Part shown: positions 1 through 12,500 of the stretch, in pieces | How the letters are laid out: the number at the start of each line of letters is the position of its first letter | Numbering within the stretch: position 1 is the first letter of the stretch | Assembly (NCBI GenBank): GCA_963702845.1 | Contig: OY969763.1 | Location: 5,472,001-5,536,000, forward strand | DNA: 64,000 bases | Direction: 5' to 3' | Source: an uncultured Verrucomicrobiae bacterium | Lineage (GTDB): Bacteria > Verrucomicrobiota > Verrucomicrobiia > Limisphaerales > Palsa-1400 | Translations under genes and position numbers: made by a program | The notes under the pieces: generated by a model | The model's input: only the letters and a program-made list of their open reading frames with translations | Told to the model about the DNA's origin: nothing | Databases searched by the model: none

Positions 1-279
1 GCGAAATGCTCCATACGGAGGCCGCTGGCAAACTCGGCGAGCGATTCGAGCAGGAGAAGTATCGCGCTTAATTCGTCGTGGCCGTCCAGCGGCGGGTCTG
101 CATGTGACACTTCGCTCCGTGTGAGGAACCATCAGGTTTCTCACATAAAAATCCAGCCAAACACCACTACGCGATTTCCAGCAAATGCCCGAAACGATAT
201 AGCTTCGTCGGCGCGCGCACGGGGAGTATTTGTTGATAGCCAACTGGAGGAGAGAAGCGGTTGAGCCGAGGGACTAATA

Positions 280-747
280 ATGACAGCTAGTGCCGATAGA
301 GAAAGATTTCCAATCGCTAACGCGACGCTGAAATGCGTTCTCTTCGTTGAGGACAGCGACGACGATTATGTCGTCGCCTGGCATGAGCTCAAGAAAATCA
401 AGCTATGCAACCCCGTTCGCCGTGTCCGCACTGTGGAGGAATTGTTCGATTATCTCGACGGCATGGTCGAGTACCACGACGGCAAAATATACCTGGTGCC
501 CGCCGCGATCATTCTCGATATGCGCCTACCAGGCATAGATGGTTTGCAAGTCCAGGCCATGCTGCGCACGAACATGAAATACCGGAACATTCCGATCATA
601 CCCATCAGCGGCCCTGAACGCATGACCGTGCTCAAGACTGCGCTCGAGCTCGGCGCTGACGCCTACCTGGTCAAACCAATTAACGGAGTGAGCTTCAAAT
701 ACGTCGCCAGCAAGATCAGCCTGCCGCTCCAGTTCTCCGAGGCTTGA
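280..747 (+). CDS. Single-domain response regulator (receiver)
   Basis: VLFVEDSDDD, ILDMRLP (phospho-Asp), ADAYLVKP receiver motifs. Confidence 0.85.
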   Translation: MTASADRERFPIANATLKCVLFVEDSDDDYVVAWHELKKIKLCNPVRRVRTVEELFDYLDGMVEYHDGKIYLVPAAIILDMRLPGIDGLQVQAMLRTNMKYRNIPIIPISGPERMTVLKTALELGADAYLVKPINGVSFKYVASKISLPLQFSEA

Positions 748-878
748 ATAGTCCTCTGAACAAAGGGTTTAATCTGCGCCAGTGATTTGCTGATTCTGTC
801 AAAAACATTTTGCCCCTATAGACAAAACTTTCTTTCTCGCTAGGATGGCACCTTCCAATCCGTTCAGTCCGAACTTGT

Positions 879-1370
879 ATGGCTCCCCAAAAGAAACAAG
901 TCGCTGCGCCAGTCGTTCTCTACGCCGAAGACGACCCGAATAACGTCCTTCTCCTCCAACACGCCCTCAAACGACTCACGGGCCGGCTTGATTTGCGCAT
1001 CATCAACAACGGTGACGAAGCCATCGCCTGGCTCGCCGGGCACGGTCTTTACGCCGTGCGCAAAGTTTATCCCATGCCAGCGCTGGTCATTACTGACCTG
1101 AAGATGCCGTGCAAAACTGGCTTCGACGTGCTGCGTTGGGTGCGCACCCAACCGATAAACCAACAAGTGCCCATGGTCGTGCACAGCAGTTCCATGCAGG
1201 CCGACGACGTCCTTCTTGCCCGGGCAGTCGGGGCGACGGATTACTTCGTCAAGACGCCCGATTGCGAGCCGTTGCTCGCCTTTTTGGGAAAACATTTCAA
1301 CTGCGTTACACATCCGCCTGCTCACGTTCCCAAACGCCCCAGCTCGGCTCCGCCTGTTCTGCGGGTTTAG
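879..1370 (+). CDS. Single-domain response regulator (receiver)
   Basis: LYAEDD, ITDLKMP, GATDYFVK motifs. Confidence 0.85.
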   Translation: MAPQKKQVAAPVVLYAEDDPNNVLLLQHALKRLTGRLDLRIINNGDEAIAWLAGHGLYAVRKVYPMPALVITDLKMPCKTGFDVLRWVRTQPINQQVPMVVHSSSMQADDVLLARAVGATDYFVKTPDCEPLLAFLGKHFNCVTHPPAHVPKRPSSAPPVLRV

Positions 1371-1479
1371 CCGACAAAAACATTGCACGCTAGAGGTCGC
1401 CAAATGGATTTTATAGTGTATAAAGAATTGGCTCTGGTTCTTTGACGCATATTCCCGGTGCCGAAATAGAACAACTATT

Positions 1480-2160
1480 ATGAGCACACCCATCATTTCC
1501 AAAGACCTCAGCAAACGCGCCCCCAAGAGCCCGCGCGAACGCATCGGCGGCTTCGTCATCGCAGGCCGCGCCATCGACAAATGCCGCGCCAGCCTCGACG
1601 GAACGCTCGGCAACTATCATTTCGATTGCCTGTTGGATAACGTTCTTTTCCGTTTCAAAGGCATCACCGCCGACCAATTCAAATCCGCCGTCGCCGCCGC
1701 GAAAACTTATGAAGAAGTCGCCGATTGGCTGCACGCCAACGGCACCAGCAGAACACCAGAGGAAATCAAAGCGTGGTCCGACGAGACTGAAGCTTCCAGC
1801 CTGATGAAAGACCCGGAGAAGCGCGCGTATTTCATCGAGAGTTGCTCCAGGCTGATGATGAATCCTGAAATGAACACGACGTTCGATTGGCTCGAAGCCG
1901 ACGACGCGCGCACATCCTGGCCAACCACTCCAGAAATACCGGTATCTGTTTCGAGAGCCACCGCGACCTTGCCCCCAGCCACTGGCGACCAGAACATGCA
2001 AGCGCCCGTTCCCAATTCCATGGGAGCACCGGTCTTTGGGCAACCGCGGCAAGGCATGGGTCAGCAACAAGGCCCCCGACCCAATAGACGGGGCCACAAA
2101 TCGCGCCACCCGCGTCACGACCGTCAGGCGAACTCGCGCACCCAATCGCGCGGCCGCTAG
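1480..2160 (+). CDS. DUF5069-like protein with low-complexity basic C-terminal tail
   Basis: DLSKRAPKSPRERIGG...RAIDKCRA...YHFDCLLD resembles the DUF5069 family; P/Q/R-rich tail. Confidence 0.65.
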   Translation: MSTPIISKDLSKRAPKSPRERIGGFVIAGRAIDKCRASLDGTLGNYHFDCLLDNVLFRFKGITADQFKSAVAAAKTYEEVADWLHANGTSRTPEEIKAWSDETEASSLMKDPEKRAYFIESCSRLMMNPEMNTTFDWLEADDARTSWPTTPEIPVSVSRATATLPPATGDQNMQAPVPNSMGAPVFGQPRQGMGQQQGPRPNRRGHKSRHPRHDRQANSRTQSRGR

Positions 2161-2271
2161 CAATCAATTCCGTTTAAAACCTAAAAGGTTTACGTAAGCA
2201 GTCGAGTTGTTCTCTCGGTGCTTTTGCACAGGGGGAACCATCTTCACAATCACACGCCCCCTCCCGCAGTC

Positions 2272-2309
2272 GTAACACAATTGTCACAGAACTGTTCTTT
2301 CAAAGTCAT
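2272..2309 (+). promoter_or_regulatory. Pho box (PhoB-type direct repeats, four units)
   Basis: GTAAC (2272), GTCAC (2283), GTTCT (2294), GTCAT (2305) at exact 11-bp period upstream of pstS. Confidence 0.8.
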
Positions 2310-2375
2310 GCGCGTGGGTTACAGGTAAATTGAGCGGAGAAACAGCGGTCTGACTCACGAAACCAAAGACACGAC

Positions 2376-3394
2376 ATGAAAACAACGACTCTAAAAACGC
2401 TCATCGGCGGCACACTCGCTTTGGTCACCACCTTCACTGGGTCAGCTCAACTGCTGATCAACGGCGCGGGCGCAACGTTTCCTTATCCCATTTATTCCAA
2501 ATGGTTCGATGAATACAGCAAGGTCGATCCGTCCGTCCGGTTTAACTACCAGTCGATCGGCTCCGGTGGCGGGCAAAAACAAATTCTCGAACAGACCGTC
2601 GACTTCGGCGCCTCAGATGGTCCGATGAGCGACGCGAATCTGGCCAAAGCGACCTCCAAATTGCTTCATATTCCGACAGTCGCCGGTGCCGTCGTCATCA
2701 CCTACAACCTGCCCGGGGCGCCGAAGCTGAAGCTCGACGGCCCAACCATTGCTGCAGTCTTCACGGGGGATATTTCGAAGTGGAACGATTCGAAAATCGC
2801 GTCGCTCAACCCCGACGTGAAGTTACCGAACCTCGACATCGTTGTCGTTCATCGCTCCGACGGCAGCGGAACCAGCTATATCTTCACGGACTATCTGAGC
2901 AGCGTTAGCCCCGATTGGGCCAAGCGCGTCGGCAAAAACACATCGGTCAAATGGCCGACGGGTCTCGGTGCGAAAGGGAATGAAGGCGTCGCCGGCCAGG
3001 TAAAACAACTCGAAGGCGCGATCGGCTATATCGAACTGGCCTACGCCCACCAAAATAAATTGCCCTTTGCTGATTTGAAAAACGCAGCGGGCAAAACGAT
3101 ATCGCCTTCGCTCGAATCAATCACGGAAGCGCTGGCGAACGCGCAAAATTCCGGATGACTTCCGATTTTCGATCGTCAATGCGCCCGGCGAAAACGCATA
3201 TCCGATTGCTGGCGCAACCTGGCTTCTGGTCTATCAAGCAGCAGAAGGACGCGACCAAAGGTCAGAAGCTGGTCGAATTCCTGAATTGGGCTTTGACGAA
3301 AGGTGAGACCCAAGCCGCAACTCTCGATTATGCGCCCATGCCGGATTCATTGCGTGAACGTGTTTTGGAGAGAGTTAAAACGATCAAGTATTAG
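2376..3394 (+). CDS. pstS: Phosphate ABC transporter substrate-binding protein (frameshifts near 3145 and 3240, probably sequencing errors)
   Basis: GAGATFPYP, YQSIGSGGG, DFGASD, RSDGSGTS motifs; C-terminus continues in other frames to 3394. Confidence 0.92.
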
Positions 3395-3438
3395 TTTACA
3401 GGCTAGTCACCATCTGGCCTGCAAAGTAAAAGAAACCC

Positions 3439-4416
3439 GTGAACCAATCTGCTGCCACTCCCGGTATTGCTGTCCGGCCTGAGACGTTCTCGGGCCGGCA
3501 TTTTGGCGACCGCGCGTTCAAATGGCTGACGCTTGCGATGGCAGTTTCGGTTTTTGTGTTGGTCGTCGCTGATTGGTTTCGAGTTGGCCAAAGGCTCGCA
3601 CCTGACATTGAAAAAGTTCGGGTGGACGTTTCCTGGGTGGATCGAATTGGGATCCGGTGAACGAAGAGTTCGGTGCGCTGCCGTTTATTTTCGGCACCCT
3701 CGTTTCATCTGCCATCGCGCTCATCATCGCCGTGCCTCTCAGCATCGCCACCGCAGTTTTTCTCACCGAACTAGCGCCCCGCTGGCTGCGCAAACCGCTG
3801 ACGATTTTCATCGAGTTGCTTGCGGCCGTTCCGAGCGTGATTCTCGGTTTGTGGGGAATTTTTGTGATGGTGCCGTGGTTGCGCGAACACTTGTTCCCGG
3901 TGCTTCGAAACACGTTCGGGTTTCTGCCCTTTTTCAAAGGCCCGATTTACGGCGTCAGCATGTTGGCCGGCGGCATCATCGTCGCGATCATGATTCTGCC
4001 GATCATCACTTCCGTATCGCGCGAAATCCTTCGTTCGGTGCCGGATCTGCAGCGCGAAGCCGCCTACGCGCTCGGCGCGAACGCGTTGGGAAGTCACGCG
4101 CATCGCCGTCCTGAGTTACGCGAAGAAAGGTTTGTTTGGCGCGGTGATCTTGGGTCTCGGCCGCGCGCTTGGTGAAACGATGGCCGTCACGATGGTCATC
4201 GGAAATCGTCCCGAAATCGCCAAGTCCTTGTTTGCGCCGGGCTACACTTTGGCCAGCGTCATCGCCAACGAATTTACCGAAGCGACTTCGGAAATGTATT
4301 TGAGCGCGCTGTTTGAAATTGGATTGGTGCTGCTTGCCGTCACCGTGCTGGTCAACGCCATCGCGCAGCTTTTGTTGAAAACATTTGGTGGCACATCCCC
4401 ATCGTCGCGCTCGTGA
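3439..4416 (+). CDS. pstC: Phosphate ABC transporter permease PstC (frameshifted)
   Basis: FGALPFIFGTL, ELLAAVPSVILGLWG, GRALGETMAV fragments spread over several frames. Confidence 0.9.
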
Positions 4417-4417
4417 A

Positions 4418-5270
4418 ATGAACAACGCAAATCACCATTGGCGAAAGACGAAGAATGCTGCGATGCAGGTCTGACATTATGCTGCGCCCTCGCCGTGGTA
4501 GCGCCGTTGGCGTTGATTTTTTTCCATCTGCTGAAGTCAGGCATCGGCGCGTTGAACCTGGAATTTTTCACTCACCTTCCCAAGCCCGTTGGAGAAATCG
4601 GTGGCGGCATGGCCAACGCGATTGTCGGCTCATGCGAATTGTTGTTGCTGGCGGCGCTGTTTCGGTGTGCCTGTTGGCGTGCTTGGCGGAATTTTTTTAT
4701 CGGAATACGGCGGTTCCAAACTGAACTGGTGGATTCGATTCGTGGCGGACATTTTGAACGGCGTGCCTTCGATCATTTGGGGAATCTTCGTTTACGCCCT
4801 GCATCGTCGTTCCGGCAAAAGGATTTTCGGCGCTGGCGGGTGGAGTTGTGCTCGGGTTAATGATGATTCCGTTGATCATGCGCACGACCGAAGAGGTCCT
4901 GCGCCTCGTGCCGAATGGATATCGCGAAGCGGCGCTGGCGCTGGGGATCGCGCAATGGCGTGTCATTGTGCAAATCATCGTCCGCACCGCACTGAAAGGA
5001 ATTGTCACCGGCATCCTGCTCGCGCTCGCTCGTGTGGCCGGCGAAACTGCGCCCCTGTTATTCACCGCCTTCGGCAACCGTTTCTGGAACAACCATCTCA
5101 CCGATCCCATCGCCGCACTGCCGTTGCAGATTTTCACCTATGCGATTTCGCCGTATGAAGATTGGCATCGACAAGCATGGGCGGGCGCGCTTGTGTTGCT
5201 GTTGATGGTTACTTTGCTCAGTGCCACCGTGCGGGTGCTGACGCGGGATCGTTTTGCAGAGCAAAAGTGA
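4418..5270 (+). CDS. pstA: Phosphate ABC transporter permease PstA (frameshifted)
   Basis: [36 protein letters not shown] fragments. Confidence 0.9.
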
Positions 5271-5277
5271 GCACGCC

Positions 5278-6129
5278 ATGACCGCCATCGAAGAAACCAG
5301 ATCAACCGCAATGAGAGTCGTTGTTACACCGGCGTCAAAACCTGAATCGAAGTCGGACCAGCCAGCTCTGGCAAAGTCTGCTTTTTCGATCAAAAATCTT
5401 TCGGTGTTATTCAACGACCAGCCGGTGTTGAAAAAAGTCTCGATCGACATCCGCGCAAATGCAGTCACCGCAATCATCGGTCCAAGCGGCTGCGGTAAGT
5501 CCACGTTCCTACGCGCACTCAATCGCATGCACGAACTGTCGCCGAACGCTCGCATGGAGGGCGATATTTTATTATTTGGCGAGAACATCTATTCGCCGAA
5601 AATCGAACCGGTGATGGTGCGGCGTCGCGTTGGGATGGTGTTTCAGAAATCGAATCCGTTCCCGACCATGTCCATCGCCGACAATGTCACGGTAGGCCTT
5701 CGCCTCAACGGCATGCGCGATCGTTCGATGCTCAATGCGCGGATGGAAGAGTCGTTGAAAATGTCGGCGTTGTGGGACGAAGTGAAAGATCGATTGGACG
5801 CCCCAGCGGTCAGCCTTTCAGGCGGCCAACAACAGCGGCTGTGCATTGCGCGCGCTTTGGCGGTGCGTCCCGAAGTGCTGCTGATGGACGAACCGGCGTC
5901 CGCTCTGGACCCACTCGCGACCTCTAAAATAGAGGACTTGATCATCGAACTGAAAAAGCAGTTCACGATCGTGATCGTCACGCACAACATGCAACAGGCG
6001 GCGCGCATTTCCGATTCCACGGCATTTTTCTATCTCGGTGAGTTGATCGAATACGATAAGACCGACAAAATGTTTACGAACCCCTCCAAAAAACAAACCG
6101 AAGATTACGTCACGGGCCGATTCGGCTAA
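5278..6129 (+). CDS. pstB: Phosphate ABC transporter ATPase
   Basis: [45 protein letters not shown]. Confidence 0.96.
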   Translation: MTAIEETRSTAMRVVVTPASKPESKSDQPALAKSAFSIKNLSVLFNDQPVLKKVSIDIRANAVTAIIGPSGCGKSTFLRALNRMHELSPNARMEGDILLFGENIYSPKIEPVMVRRRVGMVFQKSNPFPTMSIADNVTVGLRLNGMRDRSMLNARMEESLKMSALWDEVKDRLDAPAVSLSGGQQQRLCIARALAVRPEVLLMDEPASALDPLATSKIEDLIIELKKQFTIVIVTHNMQQAARISDSTAFFYLGELIEYDKTDKMFTNPSKKQTEDYVTGRFG

Positions 6130-6137
6130 AAAGCTCT

Positions 6138-6794
6138 ATGCAACACCTCGACCAGGAAATTGCCCTGCTCAAACAACGGCTGCTCACGATGGCGAGCAAT
6201 GCCGAGTTCGCGGTCATCAACGCCGTCAAAGCATTGGTGGAACACAGCGATGATCTCGCGCGAGGCGTCCAGGAAAAAGACAGCGTCGTTGACCTTCTCG
6301 AAGTTGAGATCGACGAAATGGCCGTGCAACTGTTGTCAAAAGCGCCCCTGGCTTCCGACCTTCGGTTCATCATCGTCGCGAGCAAGATTGCGCAGAACCT
6401 CGAACGCGTTGCCGACGAAGCGACCACGATCGCCCGTCGCACTTTGGAACTGAACCAGGAACCGCAGCTCAAGGAATATATCGATATCCCGCGCATGGCC
6501 GAGATTGCGTTGGACATGTTGAAAGTGGCACTCGACGCCTTCGTGAATCGCGAGCCGGAAAAAGCGCGCACCGTCATCCCACGCGACAAGCAGGTCGATC
6601 AAATTCACAAACAATTCCAACGCGAATTGGCCAGCTACATGATTGAAAACCCCAAGAATATCACGCGCTGCCTGAACCTGATGGTCGTCTCGAAAAGTCT
6701 CGAGCGCATCGCCGACCATGCGACGAACATCGCCGAAGAGGTAGTTTATCTCTGCGAAGCCGAAGACATCCGTTACCCCAGGCAGACCCAATGA
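6138..6794 (+). CDS. phoU: Phosphate signalling protein PhoU
   Basis: Twin NLERVAD / SLERIADHATNIAE motifs; operon position. Confidence 0.95.
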   Translation: MQHLDQEIALLKQRLLTMASNAEFAVINAVKALVEHSDDLARGVQEKDSVVDLLEVEIDEMAVQLLSKAPLASDLRFIIVASKIAQNLERVADEATTIARRTLELNQEPQLKEYIDIPRMAEIALDMLKVALDAFVNREPEKARTVIPRDKQVDQIHKQFQRELASYMIENPKNITRCLNLMVVSKSLERIADHATNIAEEVVYLCEAEDIRYPRQTQ

Positions 6795-7471
6795 GCCGAA
6801 CGATCCTGATTGTTGATGACGAGCCGGATGCTCTTGAACTGGTTGCCTACAACCTCAAACAAGCTGGTTACAACGTCGTGGCCGCGAAAGATGGAGCGGA
6901 AGCGTTGGAGAAAGTGAGAAGCACCGCCCCCGACCTGATCGTGCTCGACGTCATGCTGCCGGAGATGGATGGGTTTGCCCTGTGCAGGGTTTTTAAGGGG
7001 GCTCCAGTCACGGCGGGTATTCCAATAATCATGCTCACCGCAAAAGCAGCCGAGATCGATCGCGTCCTGGGACTCGAACTCGGTGCTGACGATTACGTCA
7101 CGAAACCCTTTAGTCCGCGCGAGCTGCTGCTGCGCGTGAAAAAATTGTTACAGCGCAGCGCGGGTGGCGACAGTGGAGATCAATACAGATTCAGTAAACT
7201 CGTCATCGACGTCCCGCGCCACCTTGTCACGGTTGAGCGTCAAAAAGTCGAACTCACCGCAACAGAATTCAAGTTGTTGCTCTACTTGATCGAAGCGCGC
7301 GGCGCGGTCCGCACGCGTGAGCAGCTTCTCACACAGGTTTGGAACTACGAAAAATACGTCGACACGCGCACGGTGGATACGCACATGCGCCGGCTGCGCG
7401 ACAAACTCGGAGCCGCTGCGCAATATATTCAGACCACCCGCGGGGTCGGTTATCGCTTCGTGACTGAATGA
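6791..7471 (+). CDS. phoB: OmpR-family response regulator PhoB
   Basis: Receiver plus winged helix (RTVDTHMRRLRDKLG, RGVGY); located in pst operon. Confidence 0.85.
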   Translation: MSRTILIVDDEPDALELVAYNLKQAGYNVVAAKDGAEALEKVRSTAPDLIVLDVMLPEMDGFALCRVFKGAPVTAGIPIIMLTAKAAEIDRVLGLELGADDYVTKPFSPRELLLRVKKLLQRSAGGDSGDQYRFSKLVIDVPRHLVTVERQKVELTATEFKLLLYLIEARGAVRTREQLLTQVWNYEKYVDTRTVDTHMRRLRDKLGAAAQYIQTTRGVGYRFVTE

Positions 7472-8646
7472 TGTGGCCACTCGCAACATGTCTCGCGCTC
7501 GCTTTGGCGTTCGTGATCTATCTCCGCGAACGGCGAAGAACGCGCGACCTTCAACGCAGTCACGAAAAGCAACTCGCTACGTTGCGCGAGCAACACAAGA
7601 GCACGATCGACAAAATCCAGGCCCAGCAAAAGGCGCTCCTTAACAGCATGACTGATGGGTTGCTCGTGCTCGACGACCGAGGTGCCATTCAGATCACCAA
7701 CCGGGCTCTTCACGAATTTTTTACCGTTGCCGACGGCCTCGCTGGAAAAACTGTCTTGGAAGCATTTCGCCTCCACGAACTCGCCGAGATTGTCGATCGC
7801 CTCAAATCGCAATCACAGGTTCTGGATTACGAGGTAGAAGTTCCCGGCCTAAAGAGCCGTTGGGTTTACGTCAATGCCGCGACGATCGTTGGCGATCACA
7901 ATGAGCACTTGGGCGCGGTGCTTATCTTTCATGACGTTACGCGCCTGAAAACTCTGGAAAACACGCGTCGCGAATTCGTCGCCAATGTCAGTCACGAACT
8001 GCGCACGCCTCTGTCCATGATCAAGGGCTTTGCTGAAACATTGCTCGGCGGCGCGATGCAGGATCCTGAAGTTTCCACCAAATTCCTGCAAACCATCGAA
8101 AAACATGCCGACCGCCTTGCGCACCTGATCGAAGACCTCCTCACCATTTCCGAATTAGAGAGCGGCGACACCAGCCTGAGCATGCGTCCTGTGCATATCG
8201 TGCAACTGGTCGATGCTGTGTTCGACGACCTGCGCTCGCGCGCAGCCGTTCAGGAGATTGAATTGCGAAACGAGGTGAGTCCGGAAACCATTGTGGAAGG
8301 TGACAACGATCGGCTGAAACAAGTTTTTTGGAACCTTATCGAAAACGCAGTCAAATACGGAAAAAAAGGAGGGCAAGTCGCCGTCGCGACACAACCCGAT
8401 GACAATCAATTTATCCGCGTGATGGTGAGCGATAACGGTCGCGGCATTCCTGCGGACGCTCTGCCGAGAATATTCGAGCGGTTCTATCGCGTTGACAAAG
8501 CGCGCTCACGGGAAAGCGGCGGAACAGGCCTGGGACTCGCCATCGTCAAACACATTGTGCAAAGCCATGGCGGAAAAGTCTGGGCTGAGAGCGCAGTTGG
8601 TTGCGGTACAACATTTTGTTTCACTATCAGGGTTAGCCCTAATTGA
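7468..8646 (+). CDS. phoR: Sensor histidine kinase PhoR
   Basis: TM, PAS, EFVANVSHELRTPL H-box, FERFYRVDKARSR, GTGLGLAIVKH. Confidence 0.9.
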   Translation: MMWPLATCLALALAFVIYLRERRRTRDLQRSHEKQLATLREQHKSTIDKIQAQQKALLNSMTDGLLVLDDRGAIQITNRALHEFFTVADGLAGKTVLEAFRLHELAEIVDRLKSQSQVLDYEVEVPGLKSRWVYVNAATIVGDHNEHLGAVLIFHDVTRLKTLENTRREFVANVSHELRTPLSMIKGFAETLLGGAMQDPEVSTKFLQTIEKHADRLAHLIEDLLTISELESGDTSLSMRPVHIVQLVDAVFDDLRSRAAVQEIELRNEVSPETIVEGDNDRLKQVFWNLIENAVKYGKKGGQVAVATQPDDNQFIRVMVSDNGRGIPADALPRIFERFYRVDKARSRESGGTGLGLAIVKHIVQSHGGKVWAESAVGCGTTFCFTIRVSPN

Positions 8647-8701
8647 CATCAGGTCGTGAAAACCTTTAAATAACACCGAATCCAGAAGTCTTGTGCACGT
8701 C

Positions 8702-9538
8702 ATGTCCACGCCAAAAAGCATTCGTCTCCGAGTCAGTCGATCGAACCCTGTGCAAAATAGGTTCGCCTTTACGTTGATCGAACTACTGGTCGTTATCGCC
8801 ATCATCGCCATTCTCGCCTCGTTGTTGCTACCGGCTTTGGCGCGGGCCAAGGACCAGGCCAAAAAGGTCGGCTGTGTTAATAACTTGAAACAAATGGGGC
8901 TGGGCTCGCAAATGTATGCAGGCGATTTCAAGGGTGACCTGGTCGCGCCAACATGGATCCCAAAATACCTCGCGACATTACCTCCTAACTCCGATCGTCA
9001 CGGATCGGACGACGACCTGAACTGGTTAATGCCGCTGAGTTACGTCAAGAACGTCAAAAGTGGCGTTTGTCCTGCGACACGCAACTTCATTCGAGAGACA
9101 TGGGTAACCTATAAACCAGGGGCAAACGGTAATTTGTTGCCACAGGGCCGTTATTTGGATGACCTGACTGACAATGCCGCTAACACGACCTTGAACCACC
9201 ACAGTTACGAAGTGTTTGGGGATCTGAATATCAACGGCGTAAGCTGGAAGAAAACTGAACGGAATGTTTCCAGCCGCCTGATGAATACTTACCTTCCTTT
9301 GAAAGGCGGGCGCACCGGACCTTCCCAAATCATGATGATTGCCGACTGCGACGACAAAGCGACAGATCCTAATACTTCGCCTCTAAACAAGATAAACAAC
9401 TGGCCCGAGACGGGAAATAACCATGGAGCCCAAGGCACCTGTATGAACTTCTGCGATGGCCATGCAGCATTCATTCCGATTAAAAAGTACCCCGAGACAT
9501 GGGACATCAGCCAGGATTCAAACATCGCCATTCCGTAG
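8702..9538 (+). CDS. Prepilin-type N-terminal cleavage/methylation protein with C-terminal H-X9-DG motif
   Basis: [25 protein letters not shown]...C.NNLKQ; C-terminal [15 protein letters not shown]; start codon uncertain (8693-8702). Confidence 0.9.
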   Translation: MSTPKSIRLRVSRSNPVQNRFAFTLIELLVVIAIIAILASLLLPALARAKDQAKKVGCVNNLKQMGLGSQMYAGDFKGDLVAPTWIPKYLATLPPNSDRHGSDDDLNWLMPLSYVKNVKSGVCPATRNFIRETWVTYKPGANGNLLPQGRYLDDLTDNAANTTLNHHSYEVFGDLNINGVSWKKTERNVSSRLMNTYLPLKGGRTGPSQIMMIADCDDKATDPNTSPLNKINNWPETGNNHGAQGTCMNFCDGHAAFIPIKKYPETWDISQDSNIAIP

Positions 9539-9588
9539 CTTTGTTGAAACTCCAAAATTCACGCACTCCACATCATTATACCTAAATT

Positions 9589-12500
9589 ATGAAACACCCC
9601 TACACTACACGTAACCTCGTGGCGACGATCGCTGCCGTGGCGTTGGCACTCGTGCCTTTGGCGAAAGCCACGCCGCCCGCGCACAACGTTGCTGCCGGTC
9701 TTGTAAACGTACAGATGCTTGATACGGGTACGACGGCGTCTTCGATCATCGTAACGTGCCCGCTTTCGATCAACGATTTTCGATTGCGCACAGGATCGAC
9801 TGTTGGGTCCTCTCGCATCCAGATTGGTTCCAGCTCTACGGACGATGGAACCGCTGGCGTTGTGATGTCTTGCCCGTCAGAAAACAACAAGGATTACTCC
9901 GGAGTCGTATCTGGAGGAGGATTTAGCAACGTTTGCGCAGCGGCTTATGTCGACGGAGCTAACGCGTGGAACATAGCAACCTTTGGCGTAATGGGTCTGG
10001 CTGGCGGTTCGAACCCACGGTTGAACATCAACACCGCTGGAGCCTACTTCCCGTTCAGCACCTGGATTGGCGGGTGGGTCAAAAACTCGGGCGCCACAAA
10101 CGGCGGCACGATGGATACGTACATCGGTAATACCAATATTGTCATTGGGACCAACGACCTCACCAAAGGCGGCTACGTCGACAACGGCGCTGGTATTTCA
10201 ACGATCGACTTGCGCCATCTCGGCATCGACTCGCGCGTGAGCGGTGTTCTCCTTGCTAGTGGCGCAAAAAACGAGACGGCTAATTTCGGTATCACTTCCA
10301 CGAACGTCGACGGCACTTGGAAAATCTTCATCCACGACGATGGCGCGAACACCTCGAACCACGAACAGGATCCAATCGGATGGGTGTTCATCCCCAAAAC
10401 AAACACCTCGATTATTTCCGGACGTTTCGATTCGTCAGCTAATATCGAAATCTTCAGCGGTAATACGCCACAATTTACCGTTACCAGCAACGCCCTTGGC
10501 ACATATGAACTCAAACCCATTGGTGTAGCGGCGACAAACGCCGTGCTGGTCCTGAGCCCTGAAGGTGGTCGCACGACCGCCAGTGGCGTAGCCGGTCACG
10601 ACGGCAATTTGGACAATTACGTCAGTTACCTGATGAACAACGCTAAAGACGGCTGGATCATTCAAACCCACGACTGTCCTCTCGGTGGCGTGGAATCCAT
10701 TCCCCCCGGTCAGGCAATTTGCTCGTTCGCAATTGTTCCAGGTGGCACGCCTGGTTTCACAGTGACCCCGACTAATAACATCTTCACCACTGAAAGCGCC
10801 GGAATCGCGCAATTCCAGGTTTCTCTCGACATACAGCCCACCGCAGACGTGACGATCTCCGTCAGTTCCTCAAATCCCAACGAAGGCACTACCGACGTCA
10901 ATTCATTGACATTTACCTCCGGCAACTGGAATCAGCCCCAAACCGTGACTGTCACTGGCGTGGACGACGGCGTGTCCGATGGAACGGTTTTCTACTCGAT
11001 CAATCTCGGGACTGCCTCCAGCGCTGATTCGGGCTACAACGGTTTACAACCGGCCAGTGTTAGTGTTGGAAACATCGATAACGACCCTGGTATCACCGTC
11101 ACCCCAACGAGCGGCTTGTTCACAACCGAAGCTGGTGGCACCGCTACCTTCAACGTCCATTTGAACACGCAACCGACCGACACAGTGACCATCTCCTTAA
11201 CTTCGAGTAATCCAAACGAAGGCACCGTTTCGCCGGCATCGGTCATCTTCGACCAGAACACCTGGAATCAAGATCAACTCGTCACGATCACTGGAGTAAA
11301 TGACTTCGTCCAGGATGGAGATAAGGCTTACACGATTATCACGGGTGCCGCCCAAACCACCGATCCAGCATATACGGGCAGTAACCCGCCGGACGTCTCC
11401 GTCGTAAACAAAGACAACGACGCTGTAGGCATCATTGTCAGCGCGGCTGGGCCCGACGGTTTAACAATCGTTGAAGGGCGTGGCAGCAACTATACCGTCC
11501 GCCTCAACAGCCAACCGACGCAGAATGTTACGGTCAACGTAGCGTCGAGCGACACAGCTCAGGGCGGCACCGTCTCACCTTCCGCGCTCGTCTTTACTTC
11601 GGGCAACTGGAGCAATGCGCAACCAGTCAACGTCAGCGCGACGGACGATCTCTCGATTGACGGCACGACATCCTGGTTCATTACGAACAGTGTTAGTTCA
11701 TCCGATGCCCTTTACGCAGCGCTCGCTCCTGTTCCTGTCGTAATGCACACCTTGGACAATGAGCCGACGATTACCCTTTCTCCTGTGACCACCGTCTTCG
11801 GCATCGGCAACGGCGCAGTCGGGATCGACGGTCGCGCTACAGTTTCAGACCCGAACACGTCTGTTTACACCGGCACGACTTTGACTGTCACGATCACCAA
11901 CAATGCTGCCGCCGGCGACCAACTGAGCGTGCGGAACGACGGAACAGTCGCAGGTCAAATCGGCGTCTCCGGCAACGCGATAAGTTACGGAGGCGTCACA
12001 ATAGGCACCTTTACCGCTGGCTCTGTGTCGACTCCGCTGGTGGCTACGTTCAATAGCGCCGCGACGACTACAGCAATTGAAGCAGCATTGCGCGCCGTCA
12101 CATTCAACAACCCGGGCGCTTCGCCTTCGGTGGCATTGAGGTCAGTATCCGCCGCGCTGCGTCACGCGGATGGCGGCCAGAGTTCCGCATCGGTCACCAT
12201 TCGTGTTGGCCTGTTGCGCGCCGCAGATTTCCAGGAAGGTGCCGACCACGGTTACGGTCGTTATACTGGTGAAGCCGACATCGAATTGCGTGAGGCCAAT
12301 CCCAACACCGCGTTCCCCGGCGGCAATGCCGGTAATAATATGGTCATTGACTGGCCGGATGCAGGCTCGGCCAACACCTCTGAGGTGTTGATGAGGTTTG
12401 ACAACATCTTCGGCAGCGGCCCCGGTCAGATTCCGTCGGATGCAGTCATTGCCGAAGCGTTGTTGACCTTCCACATTAATAGCGATTCTGGCGACGGCAG

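Noticed and set aside
1..279. Gene fragment or RNA at window start
   Set aside because: No recognisable ORF or structure
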